A DNA stretch of 64,000 nucleotides from a virus, in IMG/VR virus record IMGVR_UViG_3300008267_000023, positions 1-64,000 of that record. One strand, 5' to 3'. Below are positions 27,830-38,300 of the stretch, piece after piece. Below the pieces are notes generated by a model. It saw only the letters and a program-made list of their open reading frames with translations. It did no database searches and was not told where the DNA came from. Each line of letters starts with the position of its first letter. The stretch's first letter is position 1. Both the position numbers and the translations under genes were made by a program.

Positions 27830-30800
27830 ATGGCAGACAGATATCCTTTAATTGCCAATCCAACATCTAAACAAATAGAGGAATTGGCAGCTAATGACAA
27901 TTTAAGTTTGTTGGGAAATAGTATTGTAGGTGCTTCCACAATCACTGCCAATCAATTTATTGGAAATTTGGCTGGTTCTGCCACTACTTCTACATTCCTT
28001 TTTAGTGGTGCAAATATTTTATCTGGAATAATTAGTCCCGATAGATTGAATGGATTTTACCCAATCGGTGTTTCCACTGCTAATGTATTAAATAATGCAA
28101 CTAATATACTCAGTGGAACAGTTCCAAGGGCAAGGTTGGGTGGTGATTATGACATTAATATCACTGGTACTGCTTCTACCTCAACTTCTCTAACAAATGC
28201 TTCAAATATAACTGGAGGCATTGTTCCTGCAGCAAGATTGAGTGGTGTATATAACATTGATATTACAGGAACGGCATATCAGGCAGTTGGTGCTGCTGCA
28301 TCACTTACTATTTTTGAGCAAACTGATAACCAAGTACAATTTTTAACATATACGAAAGACTTCAATAAAGATACAAGTGCTTTCGTAAATCCTCTCGGTT
28401 TAGTCTATAATCCTGGTTTAAATTTTGTTGGTATTGGCACTTCTGTACCTACAGCAAATTTAGATGTTCTTGGTACATTGCGTACTGTAGGATTAACAAC
28501 ATCTAATAATTTATTCGCATTAGTTGCAAGAATCCCTACATTACAGGGAGTTACTTCTATTGATGAAACGACAAAAAATACAATAGAAGTATCCCTCGGT
28601 CTTGATGTATTAAATGATTTAACAGTTGTTGGATTAAGTACATTTGATGCATTAAGAGTAGTTGGAATAACCACTCTCAACAATGTGTCAGTTACTGGTG
28701 TAGCAACTCAAGTTACTGCTAATATAACTAATTTAAATGCCACAAGAGCAAATATATCTGGTGTAACTACAGTATTTTCGGTTAGTGTTGGGTCAACTCA
28801 AATTATTAGCAGTTCCAGACAACTTCAGAATTTATCTGGAATAGACTCAACTACTGCTGCTTCCTTTAGAGCAGACCTTGGACTAAACGCACTGACTAGC
28901 ATTAATGTAACTGGATTGAGTACTTTCCAGGATGTTAATGTTGCTGGAATAACTACATTGAATAATGTCAATGTATCTGGTGCAGCAACATTCCAGACAA
29001 TAAATGCCACCACTTTCCTTGGATCTGGTGCTGCACTTTCTGGTATTGTGACAGCAATCATTCCTGGAATTGGGGTTACCATCAATCCAGTAAATGGAAA
29101 AGGCAGTGTTAGAATTGATGCTTATAAACCAATTGGAAAAACAATCTTTGTTACTCAAAGTGGCAATGATGGAAATAGTGGATTAACAGAAAATGATTCT
29201 AAGGCAACCATAAAGGCAGCAGCAGCAATTGCAATGCCTGGAGATACCATTAAAGTTTTCCCTGGTTATTATGTAGAGAACAACCCAATAGTTCTTTCCA
29301 GAAATGTTGCGGTAGAAGGAACAGAATTAAGAAACTGTTTAGTAAGTCCACTAAATTCAGATAAAGACTTATTCCATGTTAATAATGCAGTTCATATTAC
29401 CGACTTGAGTTTTGTTGGTGCTGATTCAACAAATGGTGCTGCTGTTGTTGCATTCCAACCACTAGTCGGAGTATCAAGTAATAGATTCTTTGATGCTGCA
29501 AGAATGATTCGAATGAATCTTGATTTTATTGCAAATGAAGCAGTTGGTTATTTAACAAGTACCAGTTACAAATCTCCAGCATTCGTTGTTCCAACTGGAA
29601 ATTCAAAAGATTGCAGTGATGACATCAAGGATATTTTTAAAGCAATTTGCCATGATATAACTAGAGGTGGAAACTCTAAATGTGTAGGTGCAGGAAAGTC
29701 ATATTATAGTGAAAACACGTTACAGCACATTACTGGAACAGATACAAATGGTTATAGTGTAAAAGAAGCAACTATTGATGCAATTAAGTACGCAGTGGGA
29801 ATTGCATTTTCTTGTATTAATAATGTTTCTTGGAATGGAAACTATCAAAATACATTTACTCAAGTAAAAGATGAAGGCATTCTGCCAGATCCAGTAACAG
29901 GTTCAAATAAGAGTATTGCTTCTTGCTCCAATGTTCTTTCTGCAGTTAATACTTGTGCAGGTATTGTAACGACTATCATTGGAGCAGGTTCATCAATTCT
30001 TGGTGTGGGAATCAATACCACTTATCCTGGAAACGCAGGTGCTGGAACAACTATTCCAAATCATCCTTCATTCTCTCCTGGTGTTGGACCAATTCTTCAG
30101 GGTCCTTATATTAGAAACTGTACTAATTTCATACCTAAGAGCATTGGTATGAAGGTCGATGGATTTGCAGCAGAGCCAGGTGATAAAGATGATGTAGGTG
30201 TAACAGGTTCAATGTCTGTTGACTCATATACACAATACAATCAAGGTGGTATTGGAGTATCAATCACAAATGGTGCTTATGCTCAGTTAGTTTCAATCTT
30301 TACTATTTGTTGTGATACTGCAATCTATACAGAATCTGGTGGTCAATGTGATATTACAAACTCAAACTCATCATTTGGTAATTATGGTTTAGTTTCAATT
30401 GGAGTTGGCAATAATAACACTAAATCAATCTATACTTTAACTGGAACTGCTTCAACAACAACCACAACTGGTCAAAATGAAGTTACAATATCTGGTATTG
30501 GAAGTTATAGACCATATGACGGACAAGTTGTTTATTTTGATAAACTTTATTATTCGGTTCAAGAGATTCAAGTTACTGATGGTGGTTCTGGATACACTGC
30601 TGTTCCTAGAGTCACAATTGATGCACCAACTGGTCCAAATGGAATTACGGCACAAGCATCAGCAACTGTAGAAAATGGTAGAGTTACTACAATTACTGTT
30701 GTTACTGCAGGAAGTCAATATGATTCCCTGCCAAATGTGACAATTCAATCCCCAGATTCTGGAACTACTGCGACTGCACAGGCTTCAAGAATTGACCCAA

Positions 30801-31192
30801 TTTACTATAGAATTTTGGAATCGACTCTTCCATCTGCAGGAGTTTCAACAGTAACTCTTGCACAGAATCTAAATAATACAGTAAGTTTTGGAACAACTGC
30901 ATATTTCTCTAGAATAAGTTTACAACTTGCTTCTTCTCATGCATTTGAATTTATTGGTTCAGGTACAGAGATATTAAAAGCAAAACCAGCACTTGGTGGA
31001 GTAACAATTCAAGAAAATGAGGTTGTTAAACTGAATGGTGGTGATGTTGTTTATACAAGCACCGACCAAGCAGGAAACTTTAGAATTGGTGATGGAGTAA
31101 CAATCAATCAGGCAACTGGTGCTGTTTCTGGTAGAGATTTCACAAAAGCATTATTCACAACAATGACCCCATTCATTCTTGCACTCTCATAA
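27830..31192 (+). CDS. Tail fibre-like protein (1120 aa)
   Basis: GIxT beta repeats, TIFV..GND.N.G..TIKAA module, TDQAGNFRIG C-terminus. Confidence 0.8.
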   Translation: MADRYPLIANPTSKQIEELAANDNLSLLGNSIVGASTITANQFIGNLAGSATTSTFLFSGANILSGIISPDRLNGFYPIGVSTANVLNNATNILSGTVPRARLGGDYDINITGTASTSTSLTNASNITGGIVPAARLSGVYNIDITGTAYQAVGAAASLTIFEQTDNQVQFLTYTKDFNKDTSAFVNPLGLVYNPGLNFVGIGTSVPTANLDVLGTLRTVGLTTSNNLFALVARIPTLQGVTSIDETTKNTIEVSLGLDVLNDLTVVGLSTFDALRVVGITTLNNVSVTGVATQVTANITNLNATRANISGVTTVFSVSVGSTQIISSSRQLQNLSGIDSTTAASFRADLGLNALTSINVTGLSTFQDVNVAGITTLNNVNVSGAATFQTINATTFLGSGAALSGIVTAIIPGIGVTINPVNGKGSVRIDAYKPIGKTIFVTQSGNDGNSGLTENDSKATIKAAAAIAMPGDTIKVFPGYYVENNPIVLSRNVAVEGTELRNCLVSPLNSDKDLFHVNNAVHITDLSFVGADSTNGAAVVAFQPLVGVSSNRFFDAARMIRMNLDFIANEAVGYLTSTSYKSPAFVVPTGNSKDCSDDIKDIFKAICHDITRGGNSKCVGAGKSYYSENTLQHITGTDTNGYSVKEATIDAIKYAVGIAFSCINNVSWNGNYQNTFTQVKDEGILPDPVTGSNKSIASCSNVLSAVNTCAGIVTTIIGAGSSILGVGINTTYPGNAGAGTTIPNHPSFSPGVGPILQGPYIRNCTNFIPKSIGMKVDGFAAEPGDKDDVGVTGSMSVDSYTQYNQGGIGVSITNGAYAQLVSIFTICCDTAIYTESGGQCDITNSNSSFGNYGLVSIGVGNNNTKSIYTLTGTASTTTTTGQNEVTISGIGSYRPYDGQVVYFDKLYYSVQEIQVTDGGSGYTAVPRVTIDAPTGPNGITAQASATVENGRVTTITVVTAGSQYDSLPNVTIQSPDSGTTATAQASRIDPIYYRILESTLPSAGVSTVTLAQNLNNTVSFGTTAYFSRISLQLASSHAFEFIGSGTEILKAKPALGGVTIQENEVVKLNGGDVVYTSTDQAGNFRIGDGVTINQATGAVSGRDFTKALFTTMTPFILALS

Positions 31193-31210
31193 TTAGGAGG
31201 AAACTAAAAA

Positions 31211-31567
31211 ATGGCAGTAGCAGCCGCAGCAGTTAATAATTTTAGAACTGTAACAAAGGTAGTAGGAGTTTCTACAGAAGTAATTTATGAAGCACCAGTT
31301 GGATTTGTTGGTGTTATTCTTTTGGCACAATGTGCGAATATCAGTGGTTCTGAACAGACTTTAAGTTTATATCACAATAGAACAACTATCGGTTTCGGTA
31401 CAGTAACAACTGAATTACTAAAAGATTATCCTATTCCAGCAAATGATACTGCAAACCTCTTGTCTGGAAAATTAGTTATAGAAACTGGTGATACTCTTTC
31501 TATAAGTGGAAGTTCTGGAACAAATTTGAAATTCCTTTCCAGTATCCTTGAAACATTTAACCAATAA
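31211..31567 (+). CDS. Small fibre-associated structural protein
   Basis: AGGAGG RBS; GKLVIETGD..SILE. Confidence 0.7.
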   Translation: MAVAAAAVNNFRTVTKVVGVSTEVIYEAPVGFVGVILLAQCANISGSEQTLSLYHNRTTIGFGTVTTELLKDYPIPANDTANLLSGKLVIETGDTLSISGSSGTNLKFLSSILETFNQ

Positions 31568-31572
31568 TAAAA

Positions 31573-33939
31573 ATGGCTGAGTATTTAAGTAATAGAGTAA
31601 AGAAAAAGTTTGGTACTGGTGTATCTACAACAAGATACGATTATTTGTCATTAGATCAAGCAGAACCAGATTTAGGTAATCCTTTAGTTGGTCCATCGTC
31701 AATTGGTGCAAAACCATATCCAAATGGTGGTGCTTATATACTTGCATCTTTTGCACAGACGGACAAATCTGATAGATATTGGGTTCCCCCATCTGCATTG
31801 TCTGGTCTTGGTCTTGGTGTTATTCCTGGTGCATTTACAATTAGAGATGAGAACGTTTTAGTTGGTGCAGCAAGTAGTTTTACAACTCTGAATTTTATTG
31901 GTCCAGGAGTTTCTGTTGATTTTGTTAGTGGTGATCCATCAGAGCAAACTGGAGTTGCAACAGTAAGAATTACCTCTCCCGCAGCAGGCACTTTAAGAAA
32001 TATTCAATACCATGGAGCAGATGATCAATTAGCAGGATCTTCTAACTTTGTATTTGATTATTCAACAAATAGAGTTGGAATTGGTTCAACTCTTCCTGGT
32101 GTTGCATTAGATATTGGACAAGGTGCAATTAGAGGTACTGGAATCTCAACCTTAACAACTCTATTCTCAAACTCAGTAACTTCAAATACACTCTTAATTA
32201 ATAGTACAGCATCTTTTAATACAATATCGATTGGAAGCACCGAAGTAGTTAGTTCCTCCAGACAACTAAGAAATATTGCTTCTCTTGACGCAACTACAAC
32301 TGCAACTATTGAGGCAGCAATTGCAAATGCACCAAATGCATTTACCGATTTAACTGTTACTGGGGTATCGACGTTTAATGGTTTGGTAGTTGCAAATGGT
32401 GGACTTCAAATTGGTGGAGGATCGAGTTTAGCTAGTCTTTCTGTAAGTGGAATATCAACATTTGGATATATCCAGGCAACAGGGATTAATGTTAGTGGTG
32501 TCACAACAACAAGTTCCTTGTCTGCAACAAATGCAAATATTTCTGGAATTGCGACAATTGGAATTGCAACAGTAGGCACAATAAATGCTACTAACTCGCA
32601 AATTACTTCCATAAAAGGTGCAGATGCAGCTATTACTGGAATAACTACAACAAATGATTTAAAAGCAAAGTATGCTAATGTTTCTACTGCTGGCACAATA
32701 GCAAATTTCTTTGCAACAAATGCTACTGTATCTGGATTGACTTCCACTGGAAGTGTTTATACAAATACAGTAACAACAACTTCAAATGTTTCTATTGGTG
32801 GAAGTTTAACTGTAGACACTAACACTTTAATAGTAGATTCTGTAGCAAATGGAGTCGGATTAGGCACAACTCCAGGACATAGACTTCATGTTCAAGGTGA
32901 TTTTAGAGTTAGTGATTTAGTTTATGTAAGTAATGGGAGAGGAATTACTGGACAAGTTTTAATTTCACAAGGTCCAAATCCTCCAGTATGGGGAGCACCA
33001 GATGCAGTTACTGTCGGTGCTGCACAATCTATCTACTTAACAAACAATAATACAAATTCTACTCACTTTTTAACTTTTTCAGAATCAAGTTCCGAAGTTG
33101 GTTATTTGAATGTAGATACTAATGGATTGGTCTATAATCCATCTACAAATAGATTGGGAATTGGAAGTACATCTCCAGCATTTAATGTTGACGTTTTAGG
33201 AGATGTAAATTTTACAGGAACTTTATATCAAAATGGTGAATTATATGTTGCATCAAGATGGGCAATTAATGAATCAAATAGCAATATTTGGAGACTCAGT
33301 GGAAATGTAGGTGTTGGAACTAGTGCATTAAATCATAAATTTACTGTAAAAGGAAATACATTATTAGATGGAATTACTTTTATTAATGATGGTTATCTAA
33401 AAGTTGGTGTTATAACTGCTTCAAATATTCATGTTGGAAGTGCAGGAACAATTGTTTCTGTTTCGGAGACTACCAGAAGAGTTGGATTGGGTACAACAGA
33501 ACCACGTTCTACTCTTGAAATTGTCGGTGAAGGAAGAATTAATGGTGTAGCCCATTTTGAGGGATCTATAACTGAAAAAATTACCAATACATTCAATACC
33601 AACATCCCTTCAACAAATGGTGTGATGACCATTGATGCAAGTGCAGGAACAGTTGTTGTTGGCATTTTAACAGAAGCAGTTTCCACTTGGGCATTTACTG
33701 GTGTTAATACAGAAGCAGCAAAAGCAACAACAGTTACTTTAATTATTGATTCAAACTCACTTTTGGGTTATGGTGAAACATGTATAGTAAATGGAACAAA
33801 CATTTCAGGTGGGGTTAGATGGGGTGGTGGTATTGCACCACTACCAACTAACAATGAAGATATCCTAAGTTTCACTATTGCAACTGACTCTACTGGAACC
33901 ATTCGTGTCTATGGTTCTTCTGCACTCAACTTTAGTTAA
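31573..33939 (+). CDS. Tail fibre protein (788 aa)
   Basis: RVGIGST.P..LD repeats, GLVYNPS. Confidence 0.8.
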   Translation: MAEYLSNRVKKKFGTGVSTTRYDYLSLDQAEPDLGNPLVGPSSIGAKPYPNGGAYILASFAQTDKSDRYWVPPSALSGLGLGVIPGAFTIRDENVLVGAASSFTTLNFIGPGVSVDFVSGDPSEQTGVATVRITSPAAGTLRNIQYHGADDQLAGSSNFVFDYSTNRVGIGSTLPGVALDIGQGAIRGTGISTLTTLFSNSVTSNTLLINSTASFNTISIGSTEVVSSSRQLRNIASLDATTTATIEAAIANAPNAFTDLTVTGVSTFNGLVVANGGLQIGGGSSLASLSVSGISTFGYIQATGINVSGVTTTSSLSATNANISGIATIGIATVGTINATNSQITSIKGADAAITGITTTNDLKAKYANVSTAGTIANFFATNATVSGLTSTGSVYTNTVTTTSNVSIGGSLTVDTNTLIVDSVANGVGLGTTPGHRLHVQGDFRVSDLVYVSNGRGITGQVLISQGPNPPVWGAPDAVTVGAAQSIYLTNNNTNSTHFLTFSESSSEVGYLNVDTNGLVYNPSTNRLGIGSTSPAFNVDVLGDVNFTGTLYQNGELYVASRWAINESNSNIWRLSGNVGVGTSALNHKFTVKGNTLLDGITFINDGYLKVGVITASNIHVGSAGTIVSVSETTRRVGLGTTEPRSTLEIVGEGRINGVAHFEGSITEKITNTFNTNIPSTNGVMTIDASAGTVVVGILTEAVSTWAFTGVNTEAAKATTVTLIIDSNSLLGYGETCIVNGTNISGGVRWGGGIAPLPTNNEDILSFTIATDSTGTIRVYGSSALNFS

Positions 33940-33954
33940 TATTTTTTATAAATT

Positions 33955-34524
33955 ATGCCTAATTCATTTGGTGTTGCAAAAGCATTTCGTTCTGGTGAAT
34001 TTCGTGACCCAGGAGTTAAATATGGTAATTTTTTCGTTTTTAACTACTTGGTCACGACTGGTGCTGACTTAGATATTAGAGCATCACTCTTAGACCCATC
34101 TGGAACATCTGCAGTTCTTGGATGGGGTAGAGATAATGTAATAAGTAAAAATGGAATTACCTTTGCATACTGGGGAGGTGATAATACAGGGGTTGGTGTA
34201 GAAGCAATCTATATCGATAAAGCAAAGTTTTTACAAGCATTTCCCACAGCAACTTCTTTTACTTTAGATTTGAGATGTTTCTGGAACGCTATTATTGGAA
34301 ATGAAGTTATTGTTAGCATGGATGCATACCAGGGAGGAGCAATGGTATTGAATAACACAACACACACTTTCAGTAATCCAACTGCTACAAATACTTTCCC
34401 TTCATCTAAATCAATCAGAAGAACTATTGAGTTTCAATCATCAAACGTTGATACGGATGGACAAAGACACTCAAGGGTAATTGTTGATTTCACTGCAGAA
34501 ACCATTACATACTTTGCCAATTGA
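33955..34524 (+). CDS. Hypothetical structural protein
   Basis: GADLD, WGGDNTG.G.E motif; follows fibre gene. Confidence 0.65.
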   Translation: MPNSFGVAKAFRSGEFRDPGVKYGNFFVFNYLVTTGADLDIRASLLDPSGTSAVLGWGRDNVISKNGITFAYWGGDNTGVGVEAIYIDKAKFLQAFPTATSFTLDLRCFWNAIIGNEVIVSMDAYQGGAMVLNNTTHTFSNPTATNTFPSSKSIRRTIEFQSSNVDTDGQRHSRVIVDFTAETITYFAN

Positions 34525-34571
34525 TGAACTGTCCATGACCATTTGACAAACCAGTGTTTTAGTGCTATAAT
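34515..34571 (+). promoter_or_regulatory. Early promoter with upstream palindrome
   Basis: TGCCAAT-N6-ACTGTCC, then TTGACA(34543)-17-TATAAT(34566). Confidence 0.85.
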
Positions 34572-34597
34572 GTATATGGAATAAGACACTAAATTTA

Positions 34598-34777
34598 ATG
34601 ATTATCTCTAGAGATGTTTTGGATGACCTCAGGGGAATGCAAGAAGACATGGCAGAGCATTTTGCCGATGAAAATTTTCCAATTAGTGGGGAAACTTATT
34701 GGACTTGCGTTCAGTGTCTTGCTGAAGCAAAACTTGCTGAACTAAGAGGAGAACTCGTTTATGATAATGAAAATTGA
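34598..34777 (+). CDS. Hypothetical protein (59 aa)
   Basis: Read manually; ISGETYWTCVQCLAEAKLAEL. Confidence 0.7.
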   Translation: MIISRDVLDDLRGMQEDMAEHFADENFPISGETYWTCVQCLAEAKLAELRGELVYDNEN

Positions 34778-34967
34778 TTATCACCAATTAAAAGATATTA
34801 TTGTGAAAACAACTCCCGAAAACGTTAAAGAAGCAAACGAGGGATTATTCAATTGCACAATGACTTTACCTGCTGCTGCTAAGCATTGTGGAATGACTAA
34901 AAAAGAAATGAAACTGACGTTCTTTGAATACATAAAGTATCACCCACCAACCTACAGCAATTTTTAA
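34767..34967 (+). CDS. Hypothetical protein, HTH-like
   Basis: LPAAAKHCGMTKKEMKLTF. Confidence 0.7.
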   Translation: MKIDYHQLKDIIVKTTPENVKEANEGLFNCTMTLPAAAKHCGMTKKEMKLTFFEYIKYHPPTYSNF

Positions 34968-34993
34968 ATAAATACATTGTAGTGGGATGTATA

Positions 34994-35257
34994 ATGAAAT
35001 ACAAAATCTCGTCAAACTATTGCTACCATGATGGTATAATAGTTGATATGTATTTTATAAATGGAATCCCATTTACGTTTGATGACATTCCAACATTAAT
35101 GCAAGAAGATCCGTATATTCAAGTAGAAGCAGAAGGAAATCTTGATTATACTTCAGAAGATTTGTATATGTGGTCAAACTATCTAATTATGGAAGAATGT
35201 CATCCTCTCATGTTTGAATTGGATTTAGAAAATCCAGAGGAATTACCTTGTGATTGA
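34994..35257 (+). CDS. Conserved hypothetical protein
   Basis: MYFINGIPFTFDD, YL..EECHP. Confidence 0.7.
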   Translation: MKYKISSNYCYHDGIIVDMYFINGIPFTFDDIPTLMQEDPYIQVEAEGNLDYTSEDLYMWSNYLIMEECHPLMFELDLENPEELPCD

Positions 35258-35316
35258 TAATCATAGTGCATTTTTGATAGCTAAATAACTTAAGATTAAG
35301 TTACTGTAGTTATAAA

Positions 35317-38300
35317 ATGCCTCTTTCAAGGTTAGAGAATTTTCTCAAGAATGCTGAAGGTAATATCCTTTATGTAAATCCATCTGATTTTGATGCTACT
35401 GATAGTTTTGAGAATCAAGGTAACTCCTTGTCAAGACCATTCAAGACTATTCAAAGGGCATTAATAGAAGCAGCAAGATTTTCATATCAACAAGGAAAAA
35501 ATAACGATAGAATTGATAGAACAACAATTCTTGTTTATCCAGGAACCCACTATATTGATAATAGACCTGGATATTCAATTGAAGAAATCAATGGAAATGC
35601 CGTTTACAAGAAGAGAACTGGTCCATCTACTTGGGAAGAAACCACGTTAGACCAATTTGGTCTAACAACAAATTATGATATTTTGGATCCAGGTAATGAC
35701 CTTTATAAGTATAACTCAGTACTTGGTGGTGTAATTCTCCCTCGTGGTACTTCCATTATTGGATTAGACCTAAGAAAAACAAAAATTCGTCCTTTGTTCG
35801 TTCCAAATCCAAAGGATGATAATGTAGATAATACAAGTATTTTCAATGTTACTGGTACTTGCTACTTTACTGCATTCAGTATTTTTGATGCTGATCCAAC
35901 AAAAACAGTATTCTTAGATTATAGTCAAGCAAAAGTAGTTCCTAATTTTTCTCACCACAAATTAGTATCATTTGCTTATGCTGATGGTGTTAATAAGGTA
36001 AAACTAGGAAATTACCAGACTTATATCACCGACCTTGATATGTATTATTACAAGGTCGCAAAGGCATATGGGGATATAACAGGAAGAGGTTTAGTAGATT
36101 TCCCAGTAGGAAAAGATTTTGAACCTTCTGTTGATGAATTTAGAATCGTTGGTTCTTTAGATCCAAATCCACTTGGTATTTCTAGTATTCGTGCTGGAAA
36201 TGGTGATGGAACTGGAAATCTAAACGTAATCACAGTAACTACTTCGAATAAGCAATCGGGAGAAACAACACCACACAACTTATTTGTTGACAGTCCATTC
36301 TTGATTAATGGTGTTACAATTGACTCAGAATCTTATAATGGGTCATTTACTGTAAAAGAAGTTGTTGGAATCAATACCTTCACATTTACAACCAATTCTG
36401 CCCCAACAGAATATTTACCTAATTTAAATGATATTGATACTGCATCACTTACTATTGGATCAGATACGGTAAGTTCTGCATCACCATATATCTTTAACTG
36501 TTCATTGCGTTCTGTTTATGGAATGTGTGGACTTCATGCAGATGGAAACAGAGCAACAGGATTTAAATCAATTGTTGTTGCACAATATACTGGTGTAGCT
36601 CTACAAAAGGATAATAATGCATTCATCCTTTATGATAATGGTATTTTCTATGATGAAAATACTCTTCCAGCAAATAGTCTAGAAAAACCATTACATACAA
36701 ATTCCAGAGCAATCTTCAAACCATCTTATGAGAATTATCACATAAGAGCATCAAATAACGCATTCATTCAAGCAGTTTCTGTATTTGCTATTGGTTTCTC
36801 AAGGCATTTCTTAACAGAGTCTGGTGCTGACATGTCAATCACCAACTCCAACTCAAACTTTGGTAATACTTCATTAGAATCTATTGGATTTAAACCAGAA
36901 TCTTTTGATAGAGATGATACTGGTTATATTACTCACGTTATACCACCAAGAGAAGTAGTAGTAGAAGAAAATGAAGTTACCTGGTTATCTTTAGATGCAG
37001 TAAAGATAATCAATTCTGTAAGTTCTGATAGACTATACATCTATGGTGCAAATAACTCTGAAATAGTTCCAGCATTCCAAGTAGATGGTTATAGAATTGG
37101 AGCAAGAGATGATGATAAATTATATTTAACTATTACAATAGGAACTGCACAGACTACTTATAGTAGTCCAATATTAATGCCAGTTTCTGGTGGAACTGGA
37201 TTAACTTCCAAAAAAGAATATAAAGTAACTAGAGTTAATGGGCAGAACAATATTGTCAATAATATATTGTCATTTACCACTAATCACCAGTTAATTAATG
37301 GTGAAAAAATTAGAATCTTTAGTGACACTGGACAAACACCAGATGGAATTGAAAATGAGGGAATTTACTATGCAATTACAACGGGTGTTGGTGCAAACCA
37401 GATAAAACTGGCACAATCACTCAATGATGCCATTGCAAATGTCCCAATTCTTGGACTATCAAATACTGGTGGTGTCCTAAAAGTAGTCAGTAGAGTTTCA
37501 GATAAACTTCCAGGAGAAATTGCTCACCCAATTCAGTTTGATTCTACCGAAACTAACTGGTATGTTACTGGTTCAACATTAGTAGATCAAAATCAAATTT
37601 ATAATGCAATCGTTGGAATTGGAACTTCTGTTATTGGAACTGAGACATCATCTACTTTCATTAAGAGAAGACTAGATAATCGTTCCATTGACGACAAAAT
37701 CTATAAGCTTCGTTATGTAATTCCAAAAGAATACGAAAATGCAAAGCAACCAGAAGCAGGTTATGTAATTCAAGAGTCAAAAACTGTTGGTGTAAGTAGT
37801 CTTTCATACACTAATGATACTCTATTGAGTGCAAAAGATTTAAGAAACGAAAAGGTCATCTCAAATGCTTCTGCTGGTTCAATTATTAATAATAATCAAA
37901 TAATCACAATAACCTCTGAACTTCCACATGGTCTATCTGCTGGAGATTCAGTAAAAATTCAGAAAGTACGTAGTATTAATAATTCGGATGCAGCTGGAAT
38001 TGTTTCAACATACAATGGTGTTTACACGGTTGATTCTGTATTAAATTCTAAGCAATTCCAATACACAATCAGTGGTGTTTCCACTAATCCTGGAACATTC
38101 AGCAACGATATTAATTCAAGAAACACTAGACAACAAAGAGAAGCACTCCCAGTATTCTCAAGAGATTCTTACAAAAATACCTTCTTCATCTATCGTGTAT
38201 CTCAAGTAAAGAGACACATTCCTGGTGCAGATGGTCAGGATGGAATTTATCATTTAATTTGCCTAAGTTCAAATGTTGCACCATCAAGTAATGTAGGTTT